Source: Candidatus Thorarchaeota archaeon
GTDB lineage: Archaea; Asgardarchaeota; Thorarchaeia; Thorarchaeales; Thorarchaeaceae
Length of the DNA stretch: 64,000 bases
Assembly (NCBI GenBank): GCA_003345595.1
Contig: PRDI01000075.1
Coordinates: forward strand, 1-64,000
Reading direction: 5' to 3'
Made by a program: the position numbers and the translations under genes. The number at the start of each line of letters is the position of its first letter. The stretch's first letter is position 1. Below the pieces are notes generated by a model. It was given only the letters and a program-made list of their open reading frames with translations. It ran no database searches and had not been told where the DNA came from. Positions 36,329 to 45,646 of this stretch are shown here, piece by piece.

Positions 36329-39121
36329 ATGCCGAGCCTGAGTCACTTCAAAAGATCCGCTAGCAGGTTCCTTCATCAAGTCTTTCACAAACCAAAAGCA
36401 AAGATATCTCGAGGATCGGTCCTTCTCATCGTTGCTCTTTGTATCATAGTCGTTTCTGCTATAGCGGTTCGTCTAGAGCCACTGCTCGACTCACAACCGA
36501 TTGTCCATGAGTTTGACTCGTGGTATCAGCTTAGAGTGACTCAGTATATTGCTGCAAATGGATATGCATCATTCTTCAGCTGGTACGACCACATGAGTTG
36601 GGTGCCCTTCGGTCGCGACATAGCGGTCTCAACCTACATTGGTGTGCCGTTCACAGCCGCCACATTCTACTTTCTTCTTAATGGAATAGGTATCAGCGTG
36701 GATTTGGTGGTTGTCTGCATCATGATGGCTGGGTTCATGGGCGGCTTCGCGACACTGGCCACATTCTTTCTGGGGAAGGAGTTGTCGAACAAGTCAGTCG
36801 GACTCCTGAGCGCTCTCTTCGTGGCACTCATGCCTGCGTATATTCAGAGGACAACAGCCGGCTTTTTTGACAACGAGTCTATAGGCGTCTTTGCCATTGT
36901 GATTACCCTCCTCTTCTTCATGCGCTCTCTGAAGAGGGGTTCTCTGCCCTCTGCAGTGGCCGCAGGCCTATCTCTAGGCTATCTACAACTGTCTTGGGGA
37001 GCAGCAGACTTTCTTACGGACCTGTTTGCTCTCTATGCGTTCTTCATGTTAGTCACAGGTCGATACAGTAGTCGTCTTCTCTCAAGCTACTTGATCACGT
37101 TGAGCTTGGGTCTCTTCATTGCAAATCTGCTGCCTCGTAACAGTTTCCTGAACTCGGGGGCACTCACTTCTCTCACATTCCTTGCTCCGGTAGGGGTGGG
37201 TGTCTTGCTTGCAGGCTATGAGGTCTGGTTGCGGGTTTCAAAGTACCGTGAGGCCACAGCAGGTGCACTGGCTCCTCATATGAAGCCAATCTTGCTAGGG
37301 ATAATCGCTCCAGTCCTTGGTGTGACGGCCTATTCCGTATTTGCAGCTGGTCAAAACCTGCAGATTTCAACACTCACTTCTAACCCCATAACTTTCGTCG
37401 GTGGTAAGTTTCTCGCTGTCATTAACCCCTTCTATCGACTTGACCAGCGTATCTTCGCATCGGTAGCCGAGCATCTCCCTGCTCCCTGGGCGAGTTTCTA
37501 TCAGACGCTGATTGTGCTGATATTCTTCTTCCCGGTTGGAATGTACTTCCTGTTCAAGAGGGGCCGCGATGAAGACTGGTTGGTAGTCCTCTTTGGAGTC
37601 ACTGCAGTGTACTTCACGGGTAGTATGATCCGTCTTGGCCTGATCCTAGCACCCGCAGTTGCACTACTTGCTGCTGTCGCCGTGAACGGTGTCTTGACGC
37701 CATTCGCAAGGGTTGTTTCTCAGAAGTCCGTTTTCGAACGTCGCAGGTTTCGAATCAGCTCGTCCCTTACTTCAGAACACACGATTGCTGTCTTTACGCT
37801 CATAGGACTGCTGCTTTCGGTCAATGTCTATCTTGGAGTTCAGTACGCTGTCCAAGTAGGTGCTCCTGAGTTCGCGCCCTCAAAGCTCAGTGACACGAGC
37901 CAGTTTCTCGACTGGCAGACTGCAATGACATACGTCCGTAATGTCGTTCCCAAATCGGCAACAATAGCCAGCTGGTGGGACTATGGATACTGGATAACGT
38001 GTGCTGGCGCGGGACGGTCGATTGTAGACAATGCCACCTTCAATGCCACCCAGATAGCTCTTATGGGCTATGCCCTGATGGCTCTCAATCTCACTGAGTC
38101 ACTGAAGACCTTCAAGCTGTGGAATGCATCACATGTACTGGTATACTGGGGACACGAGCTCTCGTTCTTTGGTGGGGACGAAGGAAAGTGGCCCTGGATG
38201 GTCCGCATAGCTGAAGACTATCTCGGGTCGTCAGTCATAGATGACCGTACGTACCTCGGGGACAATCTTGCGACCACGAATACAATCGAGACTGACTACA
38301 CCCTCGATCCTTTCTACTCCTCGACCCTGTATAGACTGATGTCATACGGTGAACCACTCACCTCAACCGAAGCCGATGAGTGGGGTCTGCCGAGTGGAAG
38401 GAAATCGGTTGACTTCTATCAACCTCAAGGATACAGTTCTCCAATCAGTTATACGGGCGACACGAGATGGACCTCTCATATGCCTATCGACCTACACGGG
38501 GCGTTCAAGGGCCCCTACTATAGCTCAGACTATGGCACAGTCAAAATCTACGAGATCGACTACACCATGTATGAGCAGTATCTCAATAGGACTGCCGCTC
38601 AGTGGGCCCCCAAGGAGGGCACATTGACTGGTGTCAAAGCCGACGGCGTTCTCTCTGCCAGTGAGAAGGCCTTCCAGAGCTTCGATGGAGTTCTTGGAGG
38701 CGGCTTTGATGCCAAAGTCTACGTACAGGCCAACTCCACACAACTGTACTTTGGTCTTGAGATGGATGATTACCAAGTCGGCAATGACGCCTTCGGCATA
38801 CAGATTGCGCCGCTGGGCCCGGTCACGGCATCAGACATCCGCATAGTGAACTATGCAGGCCATCAGTTCTATGACGGTCATATTGACTACAACGGTGATT
38901 GGGCCTTCGACTCAAGTGGGGCCAATGCAACGTTGTTTGGAACAGGAGAGAACGTCACCGAGCTGATATTTCCGCTCAACTCTCTCGATCCTCAGGACCT
39001 GAACCTGAAACCGGGAATGAACTATCAGATACGGCTGCTGTTCTGGGACAATGTTGACTCAGGAGAACCGACACTCGCGACCGATTGGCGAACCATCTGG
39101 GTGCCTGTGAGCTTGTACTGA
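36329..39121 (+). CDS. aglB: Oligosaccharyltransferase catalytic subunit AglB/STT3 with extra C-terminal beta-sandwich
   Basis: HEFDSW, GFFDNE, ASVAEH.P, SWWDYGY, DEGKWPWMVRI. Confidence 0.95.
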   Translation: MPSLSHFKRSASRFLHQVFHKPKAKISRGSVLLIVALCIIVVSAIAVRLEPLLDSQPIVHEFDSWYQLRVTQYIAANGYASFFSWYDHMSWVPFGRDIAVSTYIGVPFTAATFYFLLNGIGISVDLVVVCIMMAGFMGGFATLATFFLGKELSNKSVGLLSALFVALMPAYIQRTTAGFFDNESIGVFAIVITLLFFMRSLKRGSLPSAVAAGLSLGYLQLSWGAADFLTDLFALYAFFMLVTGRYSSRLLSSYLITLSLGLFIANLLPRNSFLNSGALTSLTFLAPVGVGVLLAGYEVWLRVSKYREATAGALAPHMKPILLGIIAPVLGVTAYSVFAAGQNLQISTLTSNPITFVGGKFLAVINPFYRLDQRIFASVAEHLPAPWASFYQTLIVLIFFFPVGMYFLFKRGRDEDWLVVLFGVTAVYFTGSMIRLGLILAPAVALLAAVAVNGVLTPFARVVSQKSVFERRRFRISSSLTSEHTIAVFTLIGLLLSVNVYLGVQYAVQVGAPEFAPSKLSDTSQFLDWQTAMTYVRNVVPKSATIASWWDYGYWITCAGAGRSIVDNATFNATQIALMGYALMALNLTESLKTFKLWNASHVLVYWGHELSFFGGDEGKWPWMVRIAEDYLGSSVIDDRTYLGDNLATTNTIETDYTLDPFYSSTLYRLMSYGEPLTSTEADEWGLPSGRKSVDFYQPQGYSSPISYTGDTRWTSHMPIDLHGAFKGPYYSSDYGTVKIYEIDYTMYEQYLNRTAAQWAPKEGTLTGVKADGVLSASEKAFQSFDGVLGGGFDAKVYVQANSTQLYFGLEMDDYQVGNDAFGIQIAPLGPVTASDIRIVNYAGHQFYDGHIDYNGDWAFDSSGANATLFGTGENVTELIFPLNSLDPQDLNLKPGMNYQIRLLFWDNVDSGEPTLATDWRTIWVPVSLY

Positions 39122-39165
39122 AAGACATACTTGCAGTGGTCTGTTGAGCAATCAGTCGTCTACGG

Positions 39166-39366
39166 TCAGGACTCTCTGGTTTCAATACCCGTTTCAGTCG
39201 CCACTCTACGCGAACTTCTCTTCGCTCTTCGACGATAGTCCCCATACTTGTCTTCGATGGAAAACCTCGCAGGCTGAGGGTCCTTGACTCGTCCTCCACA
39301 GATCGGGCAGGTCTTGTCATGAAGAGTGTATTTGCCGCACGCAATGCACTTGAAGAGATGGGTCAC
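39166..39366 (-). CDS. nop10: H/ACA RNP protein Nop10
   Basis: C..CGKYTL…CPICGG…P.PARFS.EDKYG.YRR; GTG start; follows aIF2-alpha. Confidence 0.93.
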   Translation of the reverse strand: MTHLFKCIACGKYTLHDKTCPICGGRVKDPQPARFSIEDKYGDYRRRAKRSSRRVATETGIETRES

Positions 39367-39379
39367 GTCGGATGAACTC

Positions 39380-40174
39380 CTACTTCCGGCTGAGGCTGAC
39401 CGATCCTCCATTGCCCTCAACGCTCTTCTTGACGATACTCATGATGCTCTGAAGCAGATCTTCTGCGTCCTTGTATGTTGGACCAACGATATGGAGTTTG
39501 TAACGAGGAGCGCCCAAGGCATAGATTTCAACCGAGAGTCTCTTGTCGTCCTTTCCCTGCTCAAGCGCATCCGACAGAGCCCTCTTAATCACTTCTATTC
39601 CCGCTGGCCCGGGCACAACAACAGACAACTCACCGTCTATGTCTACTGAAGGTATCTCGATACGCACCTTTGCCAGGTCCGCTATCTGTTTCTTCAGCTT
39701 CTTGTCGGCATTCACTTCTTCCAAGGCTTCCGGGCCGCCCTCTGCCGCGCGTTCAAGTCCTTTGTAGATCTCTCCATACGCGTCCTCAAGAGGCCATCCC
39801 AGCTGCTCATAGATCTGGTCAAGTGTTATCCCGTTCTCGTTAGCCACACTCTCGAGGAGCTTCTCAGCTTTCTGGGCGCGTTTCCATTCGTTGTTCTTTG
39901 CCCTCTTCGCCTCTGCAGACACCCTTCTGAGGGAGCAGTCGATATGTTTCTTCTGTGTGTCTACCTGAAGCACTTTCACGACGGTTCTCATGTTTTCATG
40001 TATGTGGTTTCGAATGTTTCGCACCCATGTGCTGCTGATTTCAGAGATATGGATGAACCCCTCCTTGTCGCCATACTCTGGCAGTGTCACATAGGCTCCA
40101 TAAGATGCCACCTTTGTAGCGACAGCCACTGCATAGTCATCAGGCTGCGGCCACTCAGCGCGCTTCTTGACCAT
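39380..40174 (-). CDS. eif2a: Translation initiation factor aIF2 alpha
   Basis: YGAYVTL.EY..EGFIHISE; GAPRY. Confidence 0.97.
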   Translation of the reverse strand: MVKKRAEWPQPDDYAVAVATKVASYGAYVTLPEYGDKEGFIHISEISSTWVRNIRNHIHENMRTVVKVLQVDTQKKHIDCSLRRVSAEAKRAKNNEWKRAQKAEKLLESVANENGITLDQIYEQLGWPLEDAYGEIYKGLERAAEGGPEALEEVNADKKLKKQIADLAKVRIEIPSVDIDGELSVVVPGPAGIEVIKRALSDALEQGKDDKRLSVEIYALGAPRYKLHIVGPTYKDAEDLLQSIMSIVKKSVEGNGGSVSLSRK

Positions 40175-40214
40175 GTATCACTGCCCTCCCAATCAAGTCA
40201 TGACGTGATGGCAT

Positions 40215-40424
40215 CTACTGAAGGGACTCGACTTCCCTAGCATTGGTTTCAAGTCTGGCTTTTCCACCGCTTGGCTTCGCCAATACCTTTCCACACTTCA
40301 GACACTTGACTTCGGTTGATGCATAAGCGAAGATGATTTGTTCGTTTTCGCAGTCCAGACATTTCACTTTCAGGAACCGCGACTTGGGTTGCTGAACAAT
40401 CTCTCGTCTGGCCAATACCGTCAC
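40215..40424 (-). CDS. rps27e: 30S ribosomal protein S27e
   Basis: P.SRFLKVKCLDC.NEQIIF..C.KCG..L..P.GGKA. Confidence 0.96.
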   Translation of the reverse strand: MTVLARREIVQQPKSRFLKVKCLDCENEQIIFAYASTEVKCLKCGKVLAKPSGGKARLETNAREVESLQ

Positions 40425-40608
40425 CGCTCTAATTCAAACATAATCGTCGCCGCAGTTGGGAAAACGATGCCCGACTTTGGGACTTGTTAGGGCCGGGTTG
40501 AGCTTTCATTATAACTCTATCGACACAACGTCGAACTTCCGCCTCAAGAAACCATGAATGCACATCTCACCGAATGAGTATCGGAATGAGATCTTGCTGT
40601 TGGCTGGT

Positions 40609-40890
40609 CTATGCACGAACAACCTCAAGTTTCTTCAGTCTCATGCCCTTGGTCATGAAGACGAATCCACAGACCTTGCACTTGTAATTGAGTGCAGTCT
40701 TCTTGGTTGTCTTGGCAAACTTGTGTTGGATTGGCTTTGGAAAAGAACCGTAGCCTTTCGTCTTTCTGACCAGTCTTCGCTTGCCCTGCGCCATTGTCCG
40801 GTCTTGTCCCTTCTTGTAGGTTGATATGGTGTGTTCTGTATATTTGTGGCATTTGGGACAGTATTTGTTCATCGACCCCTTGATGTTCAT
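40609..40890 (-). CDS. rpl44e: 50S ribosomal protein L44e
   Basis: YCPKCHK.T.H…GYGS.PKP…KTTKK…C.VCG. Confidence 0.96.
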   Translation of the reverse strand: MNIKGSMNKYCPKCHKYTEHTISTYKKGQDRTMAQGKRRLVRKTKGYGSFPKPIQHKFAKTTKKTALNYKCKVCGFVFMTKGMRLKKLEVVRA

Positions 40891-40980
40891 CTCAGAATCA
40901 CCGGCGTTCGGGCCGTCGGAAACGGCTGTGAGTTGTTTATAACCGTTGGGGCGCGTCGCATCCTCTTCTGAGTATTGCGA

Positions 40981-41160
40981 CTACAGAATATGAGCTATAA
41001 TGGTGGCGACTACAAGTATGGATGCGAATACCACGACCACCGTCGGGCCTATCTTCACACCTGGAGTCTCGTCTTCAAAGAACCTGATCAGCCCTGCACC
41101 ACCTGAGGGCATCGGTCCTTCACCCTTCTTGCTCTTGCGCTTCTTGGCGGTCTTCGGCAT
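40981..41160 (-). CDS. secG: Preprotein translocase subunit Sec61-beta (59 aa, missing from the ORF track)
   Basis: MPKTAKKRKSKKGEGPMPSGGAGLIRFFEDETPGVKIGP followed by a C-terminal TM helix. Confidence 0.92.
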   Translation of the reverse strand: MPKTAKKRKSKKGEGPMPSGGAGLIRFFEDETPGVKIGPTVVVVFASILVVATIIAHIL

Positions 41161-41247
41161 CCTTTTGCCTCCTCGGTTGAGGACCCAGCTAGTCCTGACC
41201 TTTTAATTCTTTTGACGCATCCAGCTAAAACGTGTAGGCCGGAGCCG

Positions 41248-41544
41248 CTACGGCTCTTGCACACATTCACAAGGAGCCTTATGGCATCGAGAGCATACAC
41301 CGTTATACTTACTTCGCAGGGCAGTTGAGAGATCGATGTCAAGAAGATTGGCCAGTGAACACAGCCACGCAAAGACATCTGCCATCTCGTCAGAAACTTC
41401 GTTTCGACCTTTATGTCTGAGAACCGCGTCGCTGAGCTCGGCAAGTTCCTGCATTGTCCTCAACAGGGTTCTGTCGACTCCTCTCGCTTTGTCTCTCTGG
41501 TAGTAGATAAGGCGCATGAGTTCCTGTGCTTCTCTAATATCCAT
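41248..41544 (-). CDS. MazG-like nucleotide pyrophosphohydrolase
   Basis: QELAELS..DEMADVFAWL.SLAN..KY…C..C…PC.C. Confidence 0.88.
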   Translation of the reverse strand: MDIREAQELMRLIYYQRDKARGVDRTLLRTMQELAELSDAVLRHKGRNEVSDEMADVFAWLCSLANLLDIDLSTALRSKYNGVCSRCHKAPCECVQEP

Positions 41545-41572
41545 CGAAATTCCACTCGGGAGTCAATGTGTG

Positions 41573-42904
41573 CTACTTGAATCTCAGATGAGCATAGGCA
41601 GGTGTTACAGTGTCGAAGGCGAAGTGGACCTTCTGGTAGCTCTTTCTGAAGGCCTCAACCTCGGCAGATATCTTCTTGACGTTCTCGCCCTTCACAACAA
41701 CACGGTGCATGAATTCTGCAATGGTGTCCATTTCAGATTCCTTCATGCCTAGCCTAGTCATCTCACTGGTCCCCAGGCGAATACCACCCGGTTTCTTATA
41801 ATCGCGTCCCATCTTCTTATCCCAAGGCAGGAGGTTGCGATTGATGATTATGTTCGCTTTCTCAAGTTCTTCTTCGACAGTCCGTCCATTCTTCATCGGA
41901 GTGTCTGATACATCGATGAGTATCGTATGCGATTCCGTGAAGCCCTTGTGGGCTGCTACGACCTTCCAACCTTTGTCGTAGAGTGCCTGTGCAAGCGCTT
42001 TCGCGTTCTTAATGATCTGGTCCGCATACTGTTCCCCGAACTCCGTCATCTCAGCTAGTGCAACGGCAAGTCCGGCCACATTGTGTAGATGGTGGTTACT
42101 CATCATGGCAGGGAATGCCGCCTGCTTGACCTTCTCAGCGTATTCGGCCTTCGAGAGGACCATACCGTGCTGTGGCCCCGGCATTGTCTTGTGCGTTGAT
42201 GCAGTCACAATGTCTGCGCCTTCTCTCAGAGGGTCCTGAAACCGTCCTGCAGCAATGAGCCCAGAAACATGTGCAGAATCGTAACCGATGTGCATACCAT
42301 ACTCATCAGCAACTTCACGGAACTCTTTCACTGGGTGAGGAAAAGGGAAGACACTCCCTCCGAAGAGCAGAAACTCCGTGTGCTTTCCTTCTGCTTCTAG
42401 GCTTCTGATTTCCTTGATGCTAGCATCGACATCGATGTTGAACTCCTTCTCGTCGAAAGCGTAGTTGCGGACCTTGTGTCCCCTTACCGCCCCCGCGGTA
42501 CCGCCAAGGTCTCCTCTGGCGTGAGAGATATGGCCACCATGTGCAATGGACAGGGCAACCATCCTGGCGCCTGGCTCCATCATGGCAGTGTACATCATCA
42601 GGTTGGCGACCACTCCAGACACTGGACGCACGTCAGCAAACTCGGCTCTAAACAGCTTCTTCGCCAAGTCGATACAGATCAACTCGACTTGGTCGATGTA
42701 CACACATCCGGCATACACTCGTTCACCCGGCCATCCTTCTGCGTAGCGGTCTCTGAAGTCACAGACTATTGCTGATCTTACAGCAGGCGACGACACATTT
42801 TCCGATGCGATCAGATTGATAGTCTTGGTCATCCAGTCATCGTGTTGCTCTATGAGACTGAACACCTTGTCATACAGCTTTTTGTGCTCACTCAATTTCT
42901 GCAC
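41573..42904 (-). CDS. glyA: Serine hydroxymethyltransferase
   Basis: LIASEN, RYAEG, GGHISH, STHKT, GIRLGT. Confidence 0.97.
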   Translation of the reverse strand: MQKLSEHKKLYDKVFSLIEQHDDWMTKTINLIASENVSSPAVRSAIVCDFRDRYAEGWPGERVYAGCVYIDQVELICIDLAKKLFRAEFADVRPVSGVVANLMMYTAMMEPGARMVALSIAHGGHISHARGDLGGTAGAVRGHKVRNYAFDEKEFNIDVDASIKEIRSLEAEGKHTEFLLFGGSVFPFPHPVKEFREVADEYGMHIGYDSAHVSGLIAAGRFQDPLREGADIVTASTHKTMPGPQHGMVLSKAEYAEKVKQAAFPAMMSNHHLHNVAGLAVALAEMTEFGEQYADQIIKNAKALAQALYDKGWKVVAAHKGFTESHTILIDVSDTPMKNGRTVEEELEKANIIINRNLLPWDKKMGRDYKKPGGIRLGTSEMTRLGMKESEMDTIAEFMHRVVVKGENVKKISAEVEAFRKSYQKVHFAFDTVTPAYAHLRFK

Positions 42905-43026
42905 TTCCAGTCTGGAGTGGTGGTCCTGAAGTCGGAGAGCCTCCCTTCGTTATATGACTTGCGTCAACACAGATTGGCGTAGAACCGGAATCTCTATAAA
43001 CTGAAGCTGGGCTCCGGGCGTTTTGT

Positions 43027-43167
43027 GGGCCAGTGGCTAAGCCAGGTATAGCGACAGGCTCTTACGTTTCTCAGTGGCCCCGCTGGGAGATGGAGATACC
43101 TGTTGGTCGGGGGTTCGAAAACCCCCCATATTCCATGGGGCGATCGACTATCCCCCCTGGCCCGCCA
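43027..43167 (+). tRNA. tRNA-Lys(CTT) with two introns: 37/38 (43065-43097, 33 nt) and T-loop 59/60 (43120-43150, 31 nt); CCA encoded
   Basis: GGGCCAG/CUGGCCC-G-CCA, ACAGG-CUCUUAA-CCUGU, GGGGG-UUCGAAU-CCCCC after splicing; 77 nt mature; TATAAA at 42995. Confidence 0.92.
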
Positions 43168-43175
43168 TTTACTTC

Positions 43176-44417
43176 TCATCTACGTTGGGGGTCAGTTTCG
43201 GCAGCGAATGAAACGGCGCTCTGCAGATTTTGATACAGCTGAAGCAGCAACATTGAGTGTTTTTGTAGGTCAAAGCGCTTTTCGACAGTGTTGCGGGCGT
43301 TTTTTCCTAGTTTCACCCGCAGTGCGAAGTCCGACATAATCCGACGGACCGCCTTCGTGAGTTCATCGACATCTCCGGGCGACACAGTGAAACCGTCATA
43401 GGCGTGGGTGACAATCTCGCTGGGGCCGTGAATGTTCGAGGTGATGACAGGGACTCCACAGGCCATTGCCTCAATAACAGAAAGCCCAAACGGTTCCTCT
43501 CTGGATGGGTACAGGAAGACTCGGATACTGTTCATGAGACTCGGAATCCTATCAATTGGTACGACACCCAAGTAATCTACTTGCTCAATCACATTCATTC
43601 TCCCGAAATCATTAAAGACTTCCCTACGAATTGATCCATCCCCAGTAATCACAAGACGAATGTCAGGGAAGTGGGGCTTCAGAGCTGACAGCATCTCGGG
43701 AAAGAGGTCCACTGCCTTCATTCGTTCAAGTCTTCCAAAGAACCCTAAATCCCACTTTCTCTTGAGCCCTGTCTGTGGCTGGAATATTGAGAGATCCACT
43801 CCAAGGTAGAGTACATTTACTCTCTTTCTCAGACGTTTCGAGAGATGAGCTTGTAGTGCAACCTCTACGGCTCTGCTGACTGCAATGATTCTATCAAATG
43901 GACATGATTCTGCGAGCTGCCTGTAGTCTGTGGTTTTCTCTCCGTTGGGAAGGACTAGGGCCTTGGGGAGACCGTGAATGGTCGCAAGCACTGGCACGTT
44001 GACAAGTCTGTTCTTACGTAGTTTCTCAATCACTCTGTTGAAGACCACATACGTGCTGTGTGCGTGAATTATGTCAGGGGAAATGTCGTGGACTAGAGAG
44101 TTGAGTTGACCTGCCAATATCTCAACATCACTAGCAACATCATCCTGCCTAAAGATGCGACCAGCAGCCTTCGCCCGTTCTTCTTCGGGTAATGAGAGAA
44201 AGTCCCACTTCCGCGCCTCTAGGAGATTCCCCGGAAGGTGAAAGAGCGTGTAGTATGGCCGTTTCACTGATTCTGGAGAGTTCGTACCCGGCGGTTGAGT
44301 CACGATGAATGACTCGTGTCCCTGCGATTCAAGTGCCCTTGAGAGATAGTGCAGGTAGGACTCATAGCCTCCAACGCCTGAAGGGTTGAGGCTATCGCAG
44401 ACATGGAGAATCCTCAT
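43176..44417 (-). CDS. GT4-family glycosyltransferase
   Basis: GGYE, DIIHAH, GRL…K, EPFGLSVIEAMACGVPV. Confidence 0.92.
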   Translation of the reverse strand: MRILHVCDSLNPSGVGGYESYLHYLSRALESQGHESFIVTQPPGTNSPESVKRPYYTLFHLPGNLLEARKWDFLSLPEEERAKAAGRIFRQDDVASDVEILAGQLNSLVHDISPDIIHAHSTYVVFNRVIEKLRKNRLVNVPVLATIHGLPKALVLPNGEKTTDYRQLAESCPFDRIIAVSRAVEVALQAHLSKRLRKRVNVLYLGVDLSIFQPQTGLKRKWDLGFFGRLERMKAVDLFPEMLSALKPHFPDIRLVITGDGSIRREVFNDFGRMNVIEQVDYLGVVPIDRIPSLMNSIRVFLYPSREEPFGLSVIEAMACGVPVITSNIHGPSEIVTHAYDGFTVSPGDVDELTKAVRRIMSDFALRVKLGKNARNTVEKRFDLQKHSMLLLQLYQNLQSAVSFAAETDPQRR

Positions 44418-44504
44418 CTAGCGGGCTCCTTTGGTTCGTCTGCCAGGCATCAGCTTAATCTGTCTAGCTCTTAGCACGTTTGAATCATCAAGAGGGCGCA
44501 TGGC

Positions 44505-45587
44505 TTGATACCAAGTGCTCATGACGGACTGCCCAAGTATGTAAGAGACCGCGACATAGTCCATGACAAGAATGGCCGTGTCTTTGTTGCTCTGGGCCAC
44601 ATTCAACCAGTCGAACGCATACTATCTTTTCTCAAATATGTACCGGACCCGGGGGGCGAATGGCGTAGTGGCAATAACAGGTACCGACGTGTGTTCTGGG
44701 GTGGGGTCGACTCTGTCACTAGGGGTATGGCCATGGTACCCCCTCACTATATAGTGGATGATACTCACTTTGGCACCAGCCTATTGGAGCCGCCCAGAGA
44801 GAGCATCTCAAAGTACTTCAGTCCCGAGTTACGACTGAGTGAGATTTCTCGCGAAGGCCCCCGTGACGAACTTGAGTCATCTGCCAAGCATCTAGCTGAG
44901 CTGATTCATGACGCACTTGGCATTCCTCTTGAACGCATTGGGGTCACCGGGAGCATTTGTTGGAAGGCGCATGATCCAGCACGTTCAGACATTAACATGA
45001 ATGTCTACGGTTATAGAGAGGCGTGGCGCCTTCAGTGTGGTTTCGAACAACTCGCAGACCAGAACAAGCATGTGACTCTGAGAGGCCACTCGGACTGGGG
45101 CCCCGCTCTATGCCGAACGATGCAGCGGTTTCCTCAGCTGCCGGCTAGCGTAATCGAGAATCTGTTTCGCCGACGTAATGAACTGTGTGTTGATGGTAAG
45201 TGCATCGGGATAATGCCCGTACTCCTGCCAAGTGAGGTACCGATACAACATGGTAGCGAACATTACGTTTCAATGACCAATGACCCTGTGAGCATCACAA
45301 TGAACATCAGTGATGCAAGATACGGTATCTTCATGCCTGCAATGTACCAAGGCATATCAGAACCCGTGAACGCAATACATGGTGCCCGAATCAGTCGTAT
45401 AATGGTCTATGACGGCATGTTCAGAGGTCTACTGCGTACCGGTGATCGCGTTGAAGCGGTAGGGGCTCTTCAAAGAGTCAAGTCCGGGTCAGAGGCAGAC
45501 GACGGGCACGAGTCTTATCAGATTATGATAGGTACCAAGAATGGCTACGGACATGAGTTCATTCGCGTGGTCAAGGCCAGCTCCTAG
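44505..45587 (+). CDS. Predicted archaeal nucleotidyltransferase
   Basis: LKYVP, IGVTGSI…SDINMNVYG (GS..D motif). Confidence 0.7.
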   Translation: MIPSAHDGLPKYVRDRDIVHDKNGRVFVALGHIQPVERILSFLKYVPDPGGEWRSGNNRYRRVFWGGVDSVTRGMAMVPPHYIVDDTHFGTSLLEPPRESISKYFSPELRLSEISREGPRDELESSAKHLAELIHDALGIPLERIGVTGSICWKAHDPARSDINMNVYGYREAWRLQCGFEQLADQNKHVTLRGHSDWGPALCRTMQRFPQLPASVIENLFRRRNELCVDGKCIGIMPVLLPSEVPIQHGSEHYVSMTNDPVSITMNISDARYGIFMPAMYQGISEPVNAIHGARISRIMVYDGMFRGLLRTGDRVEAVGALQRVKSGSEADDGHESYQIMIGTKNGYGHEFIRVVKASS

Positions 45588-45646
45588 TGGTCACATGAAT
45601 CGGACGACACAGATTCATCGGAAGTGTCTTAGGCACTAAACAGTAG

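Noticed and set aside
43033-43339. Short ORFs over tRNA-Lys (likewise 61874-62107, 61252-61455, 62550-62849, 62710-62925 over other tRNAs)
   Set aside because: Shadow frames of GC-rich tRNA genes
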